The notes: a model not told the origin generated them from the letters alone. Positions 9,238-18,114 are shown, numbered from the stretch's first letter. The stretch is 37,710 bases of DNA from a virus (IMGVR_UViG_3300011114_000204:1-37710), one strand, 5' to 3'. Program-made: numbers and translations.

Positions 9238-9263
9238 TTTGATGGTGCATCGCGAGGCAAAAG

Positions 9264-9509
9264 ATGGACACGCAGACGCTTATCAACTTTGCTCTTGGGT
9301 CATTGCTTGCCTTGATAGGGTGGCTTGCGCGGCAACTCTGGGAAGCGGTCGAACGTCTCAAGGCTGATATTCATCAGCTAGAGGTTGAACTTCCAAGCCA
9401 TTATGTGCGGCGCGAAGAGTTCTCCGATGCATTGAAAGAAATCAAAGACCTTTGCAGGCAGATATTTGACAAGGTTGACAGCCTTGAGAAGCGGAAGGCT
9501 GACAAGTGA
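9264..9509 (+). CDS. Small membrane-anchored coiled-coil protein (holin/antiholin-like)
   Basis: N-terminal TM (INFALGSLLALIGWLA), coiled coil and YVRREEF motif; first gene of the lysis cluster. Confidence 0.65.
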   Translation: MDTQTLINFALGSLLALIGWLARQLWEAVERLKADIHQLEVELPSHYVRREEFSDALKEIKDLCRQIFDKVDSLEKRKADK

Positions 9510-9976
9510 TTGATGCGGATACCATCACCAAGCCTGTCGCTGTTGTGACTGCGGTCATGGCGATGATTGGTGGTGGGTATTCGCTCTATGACAAGATCAA
9601 ACTGCCTCCTAAAGACATCCTTAAGTGGGATGCAGACCACTTCAACATCACCAGCGGACCAGCATCAGGACAGTTCAAGGTGGTTGTAGCTCGACAAAAG
9701 ATCAGGGACGATTGCACGGTTGAGGATTTCAGCCTTGAGGTGCGCGATTCGGATTACATGGTCCACAAGGCAAACCCATCAGTCGCTAAATTTTCTGGAC
9801 CGGCCAGCCCGACAGTGGACAAATTTGGCTACACAATGACCGTGGACAATCCAAGAGCAGTTGCGCCAGGAACGGCTAAGTTGATCGCTCGGATTATGTA
9901 CAAATGCCCAGAAGGAAATGTTGTGATCGCATACCCAGATCACAAGAACCTTATGTTCACCATAGAGGGGGAATGA
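9506..9976 (+). CDS. Membrane-anchored hypothetical protein
   Basis: N-terminal hydrophobic helix (VAVVTAVMAMIGGGYSLY) and a beta-rich domain with two Cys; GTGA overlap. Confidence 0.7.
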   Translation: MIDADTITKPVAVVTAVMAMIGGGYSLYDKIKLPPKDILKWDADHFNITSGPASGQFKVVVARQKIRDDCTVEDFSLEVRDSDYMVHKANPSVAKFSGPASPTVDKFGYTMTVDNPRAVAPGTAKLIARIMYKCPEGNVVIAYPDHKNLMFTIEGE

Positions 9977-10441
9977 ATGGACCCCCTCACCGTCCTTGCA
10001 GTCGCCAAGGGGAGCTATGAGGCCATCAAGGCCGGGATAGCTGTTGGCAAAGAATTGCAGGGAATGGCGAAAGATCTTGGGTCGCTGTTTGACAGCGTTG
10101 CCCATATCACGCGGATCGCCGCTGATCCCAAAGGAAGCTTTACTTCAGGTAAATCAGCCCAGCAGATCGCAATGGAAGCCTACGCTGCAAAGGCTGAAGC
10201 CGATGCGATGATGGAAGAGATCAAAAATCACTTCATTGGCGAGTTTGGCATTGTTGCCTGGGATCAGGTGCTTGCGGCGACAACCCAGATCAAGAAGGAT
10301 CAGCGGGCGGCGGCGTTGCAGGCCCAGCGGGAACAAGAAGAAATGATGCAGGGCTTTGTGATGGCGATGATCTTCATTGTTGGCGCAGTGGCGTTCCTGA
10401 TGATGTTTATCGCCATCCTCTATTTCATCTTCGGGAGGTAA
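9977..10441 (+). CDS. Hypothetical protein with C-terminal TM helix
   Basis: MDPLT...AIKAGIAVGKELQGMAKDLG amphipathic N-terminus, coiled coil and long hydrophobic C-terminus. Confidence 0.75.
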   Translation: MDPLTVLAVAKGSYEAIKAGIAVGKELQGMAKDLGSLFDSVAHITRIAADPKGSFTSGKSAQQIAMEAYAAKAEADAMMEEIKNHFIGEFGIVAWDQVLAATTQIKKDQRAAALQAQREQEEMMQGFVMAMIFIVGAVAFLMMFIAILYFIFGR

Positions 10442-10443
10442 AC

Positions 10444-10965
10444 ATGGATCTGCTAGAGAAGTTTGGGCCGCTGCTGGGCCAGGTTGCTCCTACCATCGCC
10501 ACGGCCTTGGGAGGCCCGCTGGCAGGGGTTGCCGTGAAGACCCTATCAAGTGCGCTATTTGGCCACGAAGACGCCTCAGAGGACCAGATTTCCGAGGCTA
10601 TGGCGTCTGCAACGCCAGATCAGTTGGCTGCGATCAAGAAGATTGATGCTGACTTCAAGGTACAGATGAGGTCGCTTGACATTGATCTGGAGCGCATCGC
10701 GGCTGGTGATCGAGACAGCGCCAGGCAGATGCAGCGGGAGACCAAGGATTGGACGCCAAAAGCTCTGGCTTTCTTCATTACCTTTGGTTTCTTTGGGGCG
10801 CTGATCTGGATCATGGTCTTTGGCATACCGCAGACGGGAACCGAGGTCTTGCTGATGATGCTGGGCTCTCTCAGCACCTCATGGACAGGCGTGATGCAGT
10901 TCTATTTCGGGTCATCTGCTGGATCAAAAGCCAAGACTGACGCTCTGACAATGAAGGACAAGTGA
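10444..10965 (+). CDS. Holin (3TM/GTA-holin-like)
   Basis: APTIATALGGPLAG, DRDSARQM, two C-terminal TM helices and FYFGSSAGS; coupled to the endolysin. Confidence 0.78.
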   Translation: MDLLEKFGPLLGQVAPTIATALGGPLAGVAVKTLSSALFGHEDASEDQISEAMASATPDQLAAIKKIDADFKVQMRSLDIDLERIAAGDRDSARQMQRETKDWTPKALAFFITFGFFGALIWIMVFGIPQTGTEVLLMMLGSLSTSWTGVMQFYFGSSAGSKAKTDALTMKDK

Positions 10966-11483
10966 TGCGCGAGAACTGGGACAAATGCTTTGAGATGGTA
11001 CTGGCCCATGAAGGCGGTTATGTGAACGATCCACGCGATCCTGGGGGCCGCACAAACCTTGGCGTCACTCAGAGGGCTTGGGAAGCCTACTGGAACCGCA
11101 AATCCTCTGAGGAGGAAATGCGGAAACTGACGCCTAATATCGTGAAGCCATTCTACAAGGCGCAATATTGGGACAAGATCAGGGGGGATGATCTGCCTTC
11201 AGGGGTGGACTATGCGGCCTTCGATCTGGCAGTTAACTCAGGCGTTGGGCGGGCATCCAAATATCTCCAGCAGATTGCCGGGGTGACGGCTGATGGCGTG
11301 ATCGGCCCAAAGTCGCTGGAGGCGATTAAGGCTTGCGATCCCAGAGAGACGGCGGATGCACTCTGCGACATGCGAATGGATTTCCTGAAGCGTCTGCCAA
11401 CTTTTGAGACGTTTGGTAAAGGTTGGAGTCGCAGGGTGGCGGAAGTTAGCGCCAAGTCTGCGGAAATGGTACAATCTGGCTGA
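10962..11483 (+). CDS. Endolysin, glycoside hydrolase family 108 with C-terminal PG-binding domain
   Basis: HEGGYVNDPRDPGGRTNLGVT, FDLAVNSG, DGVIGPKSL, FGKGWSRRV. Confidence 0.93.
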   Translation: MMRENWDKCFEMVLAHEGGYVNDPRDPGGRTNLGVTQRAWEAYWNRKSSEEEMRKLTPNIVKPFYKAQYWDKIRGDDLPSGVDYAAFDLAVNSGVGRASKYLQQIAGVTADGVIGPKSLEAIKACDPRETADALCDMRMDFLKRLPTFETFGKGWSRRVAEVSAKSAEMVQSG

Positions 11484-11501
11484 ACAGATCAGGTGATCTA
11501 G

Positions 11502-12536
11502 ATGGCTGATTTCGGCATTGCAGCACAACCAATTGCCGCCTTTCCCATATCGGGAACGGCGCAGCAAGAGGCTGCGTCTGCCGCCGTTGGAACAGCTACC
11601 GGAACATCTACGGCAACCGCTGTTAGCGAGACAATTCTTGTTGCTGTTGGAACAGCTTCAGGAACATCAACTGCTGCGGCGATTGGCGAGGCCGTATTTA
11701 ATGCGGTTGGCTCTGCGGCTGGGACATCGACGGCAGATGCCGTTGGCGTTCAGATATTTGGCTCTATTGGGTCTGCGGCTGGAACCTCTACGGCAGATGC
11801 AACCGGAACATCTGTTGCGGCGTCTGTAGGGTCTGCGGCGGGCACATCGACGGCAACGGGGGCTGGGGCCTCCACGGCTGTATCTGTAGGATCTGCGGCG
11901 GGCACATCGACGGCTCAGGCGGCTTTAGAGGCGATTGCTTCGGCAGTTGGTTTGGCGGCGGGAACATCTACAGCGCAGGCTGTGGGGGCTTCCACTGTTG
12001 CATCTGTAGGGGCTGCGGCAGGCACATCGACAACCCAGGCGGTCGGCGCCATTGTTTTCCAAGCAGTCGGGTCTGCTGCGGGGACATCGACGGCGACGGC
12101 AACAAGCAACACAATTATCGGGGTTGTTGGGTCTGCGGCGGGAACATCGACGGCAACGGCTGTTGGCGACGGCATCAATTTCAGAACAGGCGTTGGCACG
12201 GCTGCGGGAACCAGCACAGCATCTGGCGTTCTCAGCGCCACGGCTATCATGGTCGCCACGGCGGTAGGAACCAGCACGGCATCTGGTGTTCTGCGGGCAA
12301 CTGCTGCTGCGGCTGGATCAGCGGCGGGAACTTGTGTAGTATCGGCAGTCGGAAGAGATATTGGCTGGCATCCATTGCCTGCGCCGGTTGACGAGTGGGA
12401 TAACATAGCCCCGCCAACTGACACATGGGATCAGGAAGCAGCTCCGGTTAACGAGTGGGATACAGTACCAGTGGTGACAAGCACTTGGGATGATGTGCCT
12501 GCGCCGACGAATACATGGCAGCGGCTCGCCGCATAG
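11502..12536 (+). CDS. Ala/Thr/Gly/Ser-rich tandem-repeat virion protein
   Basis: About 13 repeats of ~20 aa with core [10 protein letters not shown], and a C-terminal tail with Trp every 10 residues. Confidence 0.75.
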   Translation: MADFGIAAQPIAAFPISGTAQQEAASAAVGTATGTSTATAVSETILVAVGTASGTSTAAAIGEAVFNAVGSAAGTSTADAVGVQIFGSIGSAAGTSTADATGTSVAASVGSAAGTSTATGAGASTAVSVGSAAGTSTAQAALEAIASAVGLAAGTSTAQAVGASTVASVGAAAGTSTTQAVGAIVFQAVGSAAGTSTATATSNTIIGVVGSAAGTSTATAVGDGINFRTGVGTAAGTSTASGVLSATAIMVATAVGTSTASGVLRATAAAAGSAAGTCVVSAVGRDIGWHPLPAPVDEWDNIAPPTDTWDQEAAPVNEWDTVPVVTSTWDDVPAPTNTWQRLAA

Positions 12537-12544
12537 GAGCGATC

Positions 12545-13525
12545 ATGGCTGATTCATATACTGCAAACCTGAACCTGACAAAGCCAGAGGTGGGCGCATC
12601 CCGTGACACCTGGGGAACGAAGACAAATGCGGATTGGGATGCGGTTGATGCAGTGTTTGCAGCGGCTGGCACCGGAACATCCGTTGGCTTGAATGTTGGG
12701 TCTGGCAAAACGTTAAGCATTAGCGGGACTTTGGATGTTACTGGAACGATCTCTGGAGCGTCCTTTTCCAGTTATGTGACTCTGACCGGGACACAGACGC
12801 TTACCAACAAGACGTTGACGGCTCCTGTCATTGGAACAATCGTCAACACGGGAACCCTAACACTCCCAACTTCAACTGATACGCTTGTTGGCAGAGCCAC
12901 TACGGACACTCTGACAAATAAGACACTGACAAGCCCAACACTGACAACGCCTGCGCTTGGAACGCCTGCATCTGGCGTAATGACCAACGTCACCGGATTA
13001 CCTCTGACAACAGGCGTGACGGGGACATTGCCAGTTGCCAATGGTGGCACGGGAGCAGCAACGCTTACTGCAAACGCCGTTCTCATCGGCAATGACACCA
13101 GCGCAGTCACGGCGGTTGCTCCCGGCACTGCGGGCAACGCGCTGGTTAGCAACGGAACAACTTGGTCCAGTTCTACCGTGACCGTCGCGGCGCTATCAAC
13201 AGCGTCTGGCTCTGCTCCGTCTTACTCTGCCCGCGCTTGGGTGAACTTCAACGGCACGGGGGCCGTGGCAATCCGTGCATCTGGCAATGTGAGTTCGATC
13301 ACAGACAACGGCACTGGTGATTACACGGTGAATTTCACAACTGCCATGTCAGACGCCAATTATTCGGTAGTTGGTATTATAGGCGATACAAGTTCAGCAA
13401 CCTTTGGTGTTTTAAGTGGGCCAAGGACTTCTGCCGCAACAACAAGCGCGTTTAGATTTTTTACCACAACGTCAGCCCCGACAAACACAGACTACCCTGT
13501 TGTTCAGCTTGCAGTATTTAGATAA
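12545..13525 (+). CDS. Tail fibre protein
   Basis: Start [24 protein letters not shown] behind RBS AGGAG (ORF track begins at 12515); two TLTNKTLT motifs, [12 protein letters not shown], and C-terminal ARAWVNFNG...[11 protein letters not shown] domain. Confidence 0.82.
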   Translation: MADSYTANLNLTKPEVGASRDTWGTKTNADWDAVDAVFAAAGTGTSVGLNVGSGKTLSISGTLDVTGTISGASFSSYVTLTGTQTLTNKTLTAPVIGTIVNTGTLTLPTSTDTLVGRATTDTLTNKTLTSPTLTTPALGTPASGVMTNVTGLPLTTGVTGTLPVANGGTGAATLTANAVLIGNDTSAVTAVAPGTAGNALVSNGTTWSSSTVTVAALSTASGSAPSYSARAWVNFNGTGAVAIRASGNVSSITDNGTGDYTVNFTTAMSDANYSVVGIIGDTSSATFGVLSGPRTSAATTSAFRFFTTTSAPTNTDYPVVQLAVFR

Positions 13526-13538
13526 TCAGGAGCAACTC

Positions 13539-13724
13539 ATGCGCATCATTTACCCCACTGATGATAACGGTGTTGCGGTCATTATCCCAGCCCCCGAATG
13601 TGAACTGACGATTGAAGAGATCGCCGCCAAGGATGTGCCTGCGGGCAAACCATACAAAATTGTGGACGTTGCTGACATCCCATCTGACCGGACGTTCCGC
13701 AATGCTTGGGAGTATCAGGCATGA
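13539..13724 (+). CDS. Small tail-fibre-associated protein (chaperone-like)
   Basis: MRIIYP...IEEIAAKDVPAG...IPSDRTFRNAW; RBS AGGAG before ATG 13539. Confidence 0.72.
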   Translation: MRIIYPTDDNGVAVIIPAPECELTIEEIAAKDVPAGKPYKIVDVADIPSDRTFRNAWEYQA

Positions 13725-13960
13725 TCGTCATCAACCTCGACAAGGCCAAAGCTATCGGCCACGACATGCGTCGTGCGGCCCGTGCTGAAGAGTTTGCGCC
13801 TTATGACAAAATCATAGCCGCTCAAATTCCCGGCCGGAGCGCCACAGACGCCGAGGCGGCTCGCGCAGCAATCCGCGCCAAGTATGCAACCATGCAGACA
13901 GAGATTGACGCTGCGGCTTCGCCAGACGAAATCAAAGCTGCGCTCGGAGTCGCACCATGA
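13721..13960 (+). CDS. Small tail-fibre-associated helical protein
   Basis: MIVINLDKAKAIGHDMRRAARAEEFAPYD; ATGA overlap with the previous gene. Confidence 0.72.
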   Translation: MIVINLDKAKAIGHDMRRAARAEEFAPYDKIIAAQIPGRSATDAEAARAAIRAKYATMQTEIDAAASPDEIKAALGVAP

Positions 13961-14190
13961 GCACCATCAAGAGCATCAACGTCCAGCACCCCTCTGCAAC
14001 GACGATCAACCTCGTCAACGACTCCAGCGGCAATGTGGCCGTAGGCGGAACGCTGACTGTTGGCGGCGTGGCGGCTATGGCTGTGGCACCCAGCACCGCT
14101 GGTAATGTGGTAGACTGGCCCGCGCATCAGGCCCATGAGTTTATCGCCCTTGAACCGGGAAGCCGACTCGTCAATATTGTGAAGGGCTAA
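13957..14190 (+). CDS. Chimeric or degenerate ORF: fibre-like N-terminus fused to a cupin-like C-terminus
   Basis: N-part ...AVAPSTAGNV resembles [10 protein letters not shown] in the upstream fibre. C-part DWPAHQAHEFIALEPGSRLVNIVKG resembles cupin motif 2. Confidence 0.55.
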   Translation: MSTIKSINVQHPSATTINLVNDSSGNVAVGGTLTVGGVAAMAVAPSTAGNVVDWPAHQAHEFIALEPGSRLVNIVKG

Positions 14191-14193
14191 GAT

Positions 14194-15936
14194 ATGCCAC
14201 TTGCACCGATTACCATTCCTCCTGGTGTCGTAAAGACAGCCACGCCTTTGCAGGTGAAGGGACGCTATTGGGATGCAAATCTGGTGCGTTGGCGCTCTAA
14301 CAAGTTACTTCCTGTTGGAGGATGGCAGCGCATCACTGCAACGCCTCTTGCAAGTATTCCTCGCGCCTTGTTCACATGGACAACCAATGCAGGCACGCAT
14401 CTGACAATGGTTGGCTGCGGCGATACTCTCTATGCTCTGGAAGGTGCAACCTATACAAACATCACGCCTGCCAACTTTATTGGAGAAACAACCGGCAGCT
14501 TTGGCGGATATGGTGCGTGGAATTATGGAGCGTTGCTCTATGGTGATGACACAGATCCTACTTATCCAAGGCCACAATCAGCCTACTTTTACCCATCGTT
14601 TTCTTGGACCTTCGATAACTGGGGTGGCGATGTTCTGGCGGTTGCATCAAGCGATGGCCGGTTGCTCCATTATGGCGAGGGCGAGGATCAGGCCCACACT
14701 GTTGGATATAATGACATTGCAACTGCGGTAAGAGCTTCCAACACAACGACAATCACAACAGACCATCATCATGGGTTTATTGTCGGGCAATCTGTGGAGA
14801 TCATAGGAACCAGCGTCAGTTCGATGAATGGTACGTTCACGATTGCAACTGTTCCAACTGATGATTCGTTTACATATTCAAACCCTGGGACTGCGGCATC
14901 TGGGACAGGTGGCGTGGCTCAGTCGGCTGCTGGAGACCTGCCGCCTCTCAACAACCGTGGCGTCATTGTTACCGCAGAGCGCCATGCAGTTCTGATCGGT
15001 GCGGGTGGGAACAACCGCCGCGTGGCATGGTCTAACGCAGAGGATTATACAGATTGGAACTTCGCCAGCACGACAAACACGGCTGGCTACCTTGATCTCG
15101 ATACCTCAAGCGGCATCATCATGTGCGCGGCGGTTCGCGAGGGCACACTGATCTGGACTGAGGATGAAGCATGGCTGATGCGTTATATCGGCCTGCCCTA
15201 TATCTACGCCATCGAGCGGATTGGTTTTGGCTGCGGTCTAATTGCACCAAAGTCGTTCGCCACGTTTGCGGGTCGCTGCATTTGGATGGGGCGTGAGGGG
15301 TTCTGGCTCTATGACGGCGGCGTTGTGAAGCCTCTGCCCTGCGATGTCGGGTCTTTTGTTTTTGACAATATCGACTTGGATGCGGGCATCCTCTACACAC
15401 ATGGTTCGGACAATAGCGTCTTCCCAGAAGTCTGGTTTTGGTATCCCACTGAAGGCGAAGACAACCCAAATCGATATGTCTGCTACAATTATGCGGAAAA
15501 TTGGTGGTCCATTGGTGAGATGGAACGTACAGCGGCCCAGGGCGCCGGGATCTATCAATATCCGATGACCGGCGATAGTTCTGGCGAATTGTACTTCCAA
15601 GAGAATGGCTGGACGGCTGCTGGCGTCGCAATCACCACTGGACGCTATGCCGAGACCTCCAGCATCAACGTCACCAATGGATCGGCGCTGGCACATGTGA
15701 AGCAAACGATCACAGACAGCGGCTATGGGTATGCCAGCACCCAACTGACCTATTTCAGCAGCTTCACGCCGGAAGGGACAGAATATACATCTGGACCGTT
15801 TAGCCCGCGATCCAACGGCTACTGCGACACCAGAGTGACCGGGCGCGACTTCCGCGTGAAGATTGCCTCGACACAGGATGCCGAATGGAGCATTGGCGAA
15901 ATGCGCATTGATCTGACGAGCGGGGGTGGTAGATGA
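14194..15936 (+). CDS. Tail nozzle / stabilisation protein (P22 gp10- or T7 gp12-like beta-propeller)
   Basis: 580 aa, Trp-rich beta repeats (RYWDANLVRW, VAWSNAED, GCGLIAP, EVWFWYP, YNYAENWWSIG); precedes the ejection genes. Confidence 0.75.
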   Translation: MPLAPITIPPGVVKTATPLQVKGRYWDANLVRWRSNKLLPVGGWQRITATPLASIPRALFTWTTNAGTHLTMVGCGDTLYALEGATYTNITPANFIGETTGSFGGYGAWNYGALLYGDDTDPTYPRPQSAYFYPSFSWTFDNWGGDVLAVASSDGRLLHYGEGEDQAHTVGYNDIATAVRASNTTTITTDHHHGFIVGQSVEIIGTSVSSMNGTFTIATVPTDDSFTYSNPGTAASGTGGVAQSAAGDLPPLNNRGVIVTAERHAVLIGAGGNNRRVAWSNAEDYTDWNFASTTNTAGYLDLDTSSGIIMCAAVREGTLIWTEDEAWLMRYIGLPYIYAIERIGFGCGLIAPKSFATFAGRCIWMGREGFWLYDGGVVKPLPCDVGSFVFDNIDLDAGILYTHGSDNSVFPEVWFWYPTEGEDNPNRYVCYNYAENWWSIGEMERTAAQGAGIYQYPMTGDSSGELYFQENGWTAAGVAITTGRYAETSSINVTNGSALAHVKQTITDSGYGYASTQLTYFSSFTPEGTEYTSGPFSPRSNGYCDTRVTGRDFRVKIASTQDAEWSIGEMRIDLTSGGGR

Positions 15937-16163
15937 AAGTCAATCTTCCGCCAGCCCCGGCTAAATATGAGCCAGATTACTTTATCAGGGCGTTTGCGGC
16001 CATCGACCGGATCTTTGGGCGCTCGGTCTCGACCATTGAGGCAACCGAGTCCATCCTACTTCAGTCGCCTAATGGATCGGTGTATAAGGTAACTGTAGGA
16101 AACACTGGAACTCTCACGACGACGTTGGTGCCACTTGGACAAACAGGCGCTCCTAATTACTAG
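15933..16163 (+). CDS. Small tail-associated protein
   Basis: LLQSPNGSVYKVTVGNTGTLTT motif; ATGA overlap. Confidence 0.7.
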   Translation: MKVNLPPAPAKYEPDYFIRAFAAIDRIFGRSVSTIEATESILLQSPNGSVYKVTVGNTGTLTTTLVPLGQTGAPNY

Positions 16164-16509
16164 GCTCCAGAAGGCGCTCGATCACGGGGGCAACACCCAT
16201 ACGGTCGAGGATGTTTTTGAAGCTTTGCATTCCGGCCAGATGCAGATGCTCTGGAAGGAGAATTCTGGCGTTGTGACGATGGTGAGCCAGTATCCTCGCA
16301 AACGGGCGATGACGGTTTTCTTGGTCTTTGGCGATATGGAAGAGGCGATGACGATGCAACCTCAGTTGGTCCAAATGGCGAAGGATATGGGCTGCGAGTT
16401 TATAGAGATGAGTGGACGAGTGGGCTGGAGCAAGGTTCTGCCCAAATATGGCTGGCATCAAACGGGCATTTCTCATGCTCTGCCTATTATGGAGATGACA
16501 CATGGGTAA
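16135..16509 (+). CDS. GNAT-like virion assembly protein (position of P22 gp14 / T7 gp13)
   Basis: VTMVSQYPRKR, AKDMGCEFIEMSGRVGWSKVL pattern; lies between tail and ejection genes. Confidence 0.6.
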   Translation: MDKQALLITRLQKALDHGGNTHTVEDVFEALHSGQMQMLWKENSGVVTMVSQYPRKRAMTVFLVFGDMEEAMTMQPQLVQMAKDMGCEFIEMSGRVGWSKVLPKYGWHQTGISHALPIMEMTHG

Positions 16510-17428
16510 GAGCGCACCATCTTCACAGACGGTTGTGAACAAGACCGAGTTGCCGCAATGGGTGCAAGAAGCCGGGCAAAAGAACCTTGCTGCGGCCTAT
16601 GACGTCTCGGCAAACATGCTCGGCCCATACACCGGCCAGCGAGTGGCTGAACTAACGCCTGGAACCGAAGCCGTCGTTGGCAATATTACCCAGAATTATG
16701 GGATGTCGCAGCCTGCCTTTGCCTATGCCCAGCAACTGGCGGCTCAGGCTGGCGGGTATCAACCGCAACAGGTGCAGCCTGGGCAACTCTCGCAGACCGA
16801 TCTTTCCCAGTACATGAACCCCTACACGCAGGCGGTTCTTGGGACGTCACTTGATGTTCTGAACCAGCAGCGATTGACCGGGCTCAACCAAGCCTATGAT
16901 GCGGCGGTCAAAGCCAAGGCTTTTGGTGGGTCGCGTCAGGCCATCCAAGAAGCGGTTGTTAATGCTGCGGCGCAACAGCAAGCAGGGCAACTTGCGGCTA
17001 ATCTGATGGCGCAGAATTATGGGCAGGCGCAGACGGCGGCGCAGGCTGATATTACGCGGGCGATGGAAGCTCAGAGGCTCAACCAGCAAGCGGGTCTTGC
17101 GGGCGCCGGTCTTGGCATTCAGGGCGCCGGAACGCTCGGCCAGTTGGCTGGAGCTGGTCAGGAAGCCTATTTGACCGGGGCTACAGGGGCACTTGCAGCC
17201 CAACAACTCTTGCAGGCCCAACAGCAGGCGCAACTTGATGCGGCTCAGCAATCCTATCGTGAGGCCCAGCAATTCCCCATCCAGCAGCTTCAAATCCCGA
17301 TCCAAGCTCTTGGCGCAACCCCGTATGGCTCAACCAAGACAGAGACAGGGCCGGGGATGCAGAGCAGCCCATTCTTGTCTGGTCTCGGCGCTGTGTCGTC
17401 TGCCGTGTCAATTTTGGCTGCTCTATGA
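16502..17428 (+). CDS. Internal virion / DNA ejection (pilot) protein
   Basis: MGKS N-terminus, PYTGQRVA, YMNPY and AFGGSRQA motifs, Gln/Ala/Gly-rich body, hydrophobic C-terminus. Confidence 0.72.
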   Translation: MGKSAPSSQTVVNKTELPQWVQEAGQKNLAAAYDVSANMLGPYTGQRVAELTPGTEAVVGNITQNYGMSQPAFAYAQQLAAQAGGYQPQQVQPGQLSQTDLSQYMNPYTQAVLGTSLDVLNQQRLTGLNQAYDAAVKAKAFGGSRQAIQEAVVNAAAQQQAGQLAANLMAQNYGQAQTAAQADITRAMEAQRLNQQAGLAGAGLGIQGAGTLGQLAGAGQEAYLTGATGALAAQQLLQAQQQAQLDAAQQSYREAQQFPIQQLQIPIQALGATPYGSTKTETGPGMQSSPFLSGLGAVSSAVSILAAL

Positions 17429-18114
17429 TTGACACCGCGCTTCAGTTCTCGGGCGGCAAGGATAGCCTTGCCTGTCTCTATCTCTATAAAGAGCGATGGG
17501 ATGATCTCTATGTTGTCTGGTTGGACACTGGAGCATCCTATCCTGAGATGCTTGATTATATGGAGCGCTGGGCAAAGCGGTTGCCGCATTTCATTCATTT
17601 GAAATCTGACCAGCCTGCAAATATCGCTGAAAGAGGATGGCCGGTTGACGTTTTGCCAATTGAAAACACAGCACTCGGCAAGGCGATCAGCGGGAATGAA
17701 GGCCCAACGATGCAATCGTGTCTGGAGTGCTGCGCGATTAACGTCTGGATACCGTTGCATCAAGGGATCAAAGATCTCGGCGTTTCGAAGGTCATCAAAG
17801 GCCAGAGGCGGGACGACCGGCGCAAGTCAACGGCAAAGGACGGTCAGATCATCGACGGCATTACCTACTCGATGCCGATTGAAGATTGGTCTGAAAAGCA
17901 GGTGTTTACCTATCTGGCGCAGGTGGGGGCTGATATGCCACCCGGATATGCAGAGGGTGAAACGACAAGCCGTTCTTGCTGGAATTGCACTGGCTTTCTG
18001 GACGACAGTCGCAAACGCATCCATAATCTGCCAGACGGCAAGCGCGAAGAGATGCTGCGCCGTTTGGCAATCATCGACAAGGCAATCGACGACCAGAGGG
18101 TGCGTTATGGCTGA
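17425..18114 (+). CDS. PAPS/APS reductase family (PP-loop) protein
   Basis: FSGGKDS PP-loop, LDTG, CC (residues 102-103), GQRRDD, PIEDWS, CWNC (185-188); no C-terminal ECG(L/I)H. Confidence 0.85.
   Translation: MIDTALQFSGGKDSLACLYLYKERWDDLYVVWLDTGASYPEMLDYMERWAKRLPHFIHLKSDQPANIAERGWPVDVLPIENTALGKAISGNEGPTMQSCLECCAINVWIPLHQGIKDLGVSKVIKGQRRDDRRKSTAKDGQIIDGITYSMPIEDWSEKQVFTYLAQVGADMPPGYAEGETTSRSCWNCTGFLDDSRKRIHNLPDGKREEMLRRLAIIDKAIDDQRVRYG

Noticed and set aside
9042-9367. ORFs 9042-9260 (-) and 9179-9367 (+)
   Set aside because: No convincing RBS or protein features; the region is better explained by promoters, hairpins and a terminator.
11580-12340. CRISPR-like array suggested by recurring GCGGCGGG(A/C)ACATCGACGGC
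   Set aside because: The repeats are degenerate at synonymous positions, in frame at 60-nt period, and encode a protein repeat; no cas genes.
12545-14190. Diversity-generating retroelement or invertible fibre cassette
   Set aside because: I recognised no reverse transcriptase or invertase and saw no template/variable repeat pair.
17645-18106. N-terminal extension of the 17645-19033 ORF
   Set aside because: It overlaps the PAPS-family gene out of frame; the RBS and ATG at 18107 give the plausible start.
17425-18114. Complete Dnd/Ssp phosphorothioation system or cysH sulfate-assimilation AMG
   Set aside because: No partner dnd/ssp or cys genes were recognised, and the catalytic ECGLH motif is missing.
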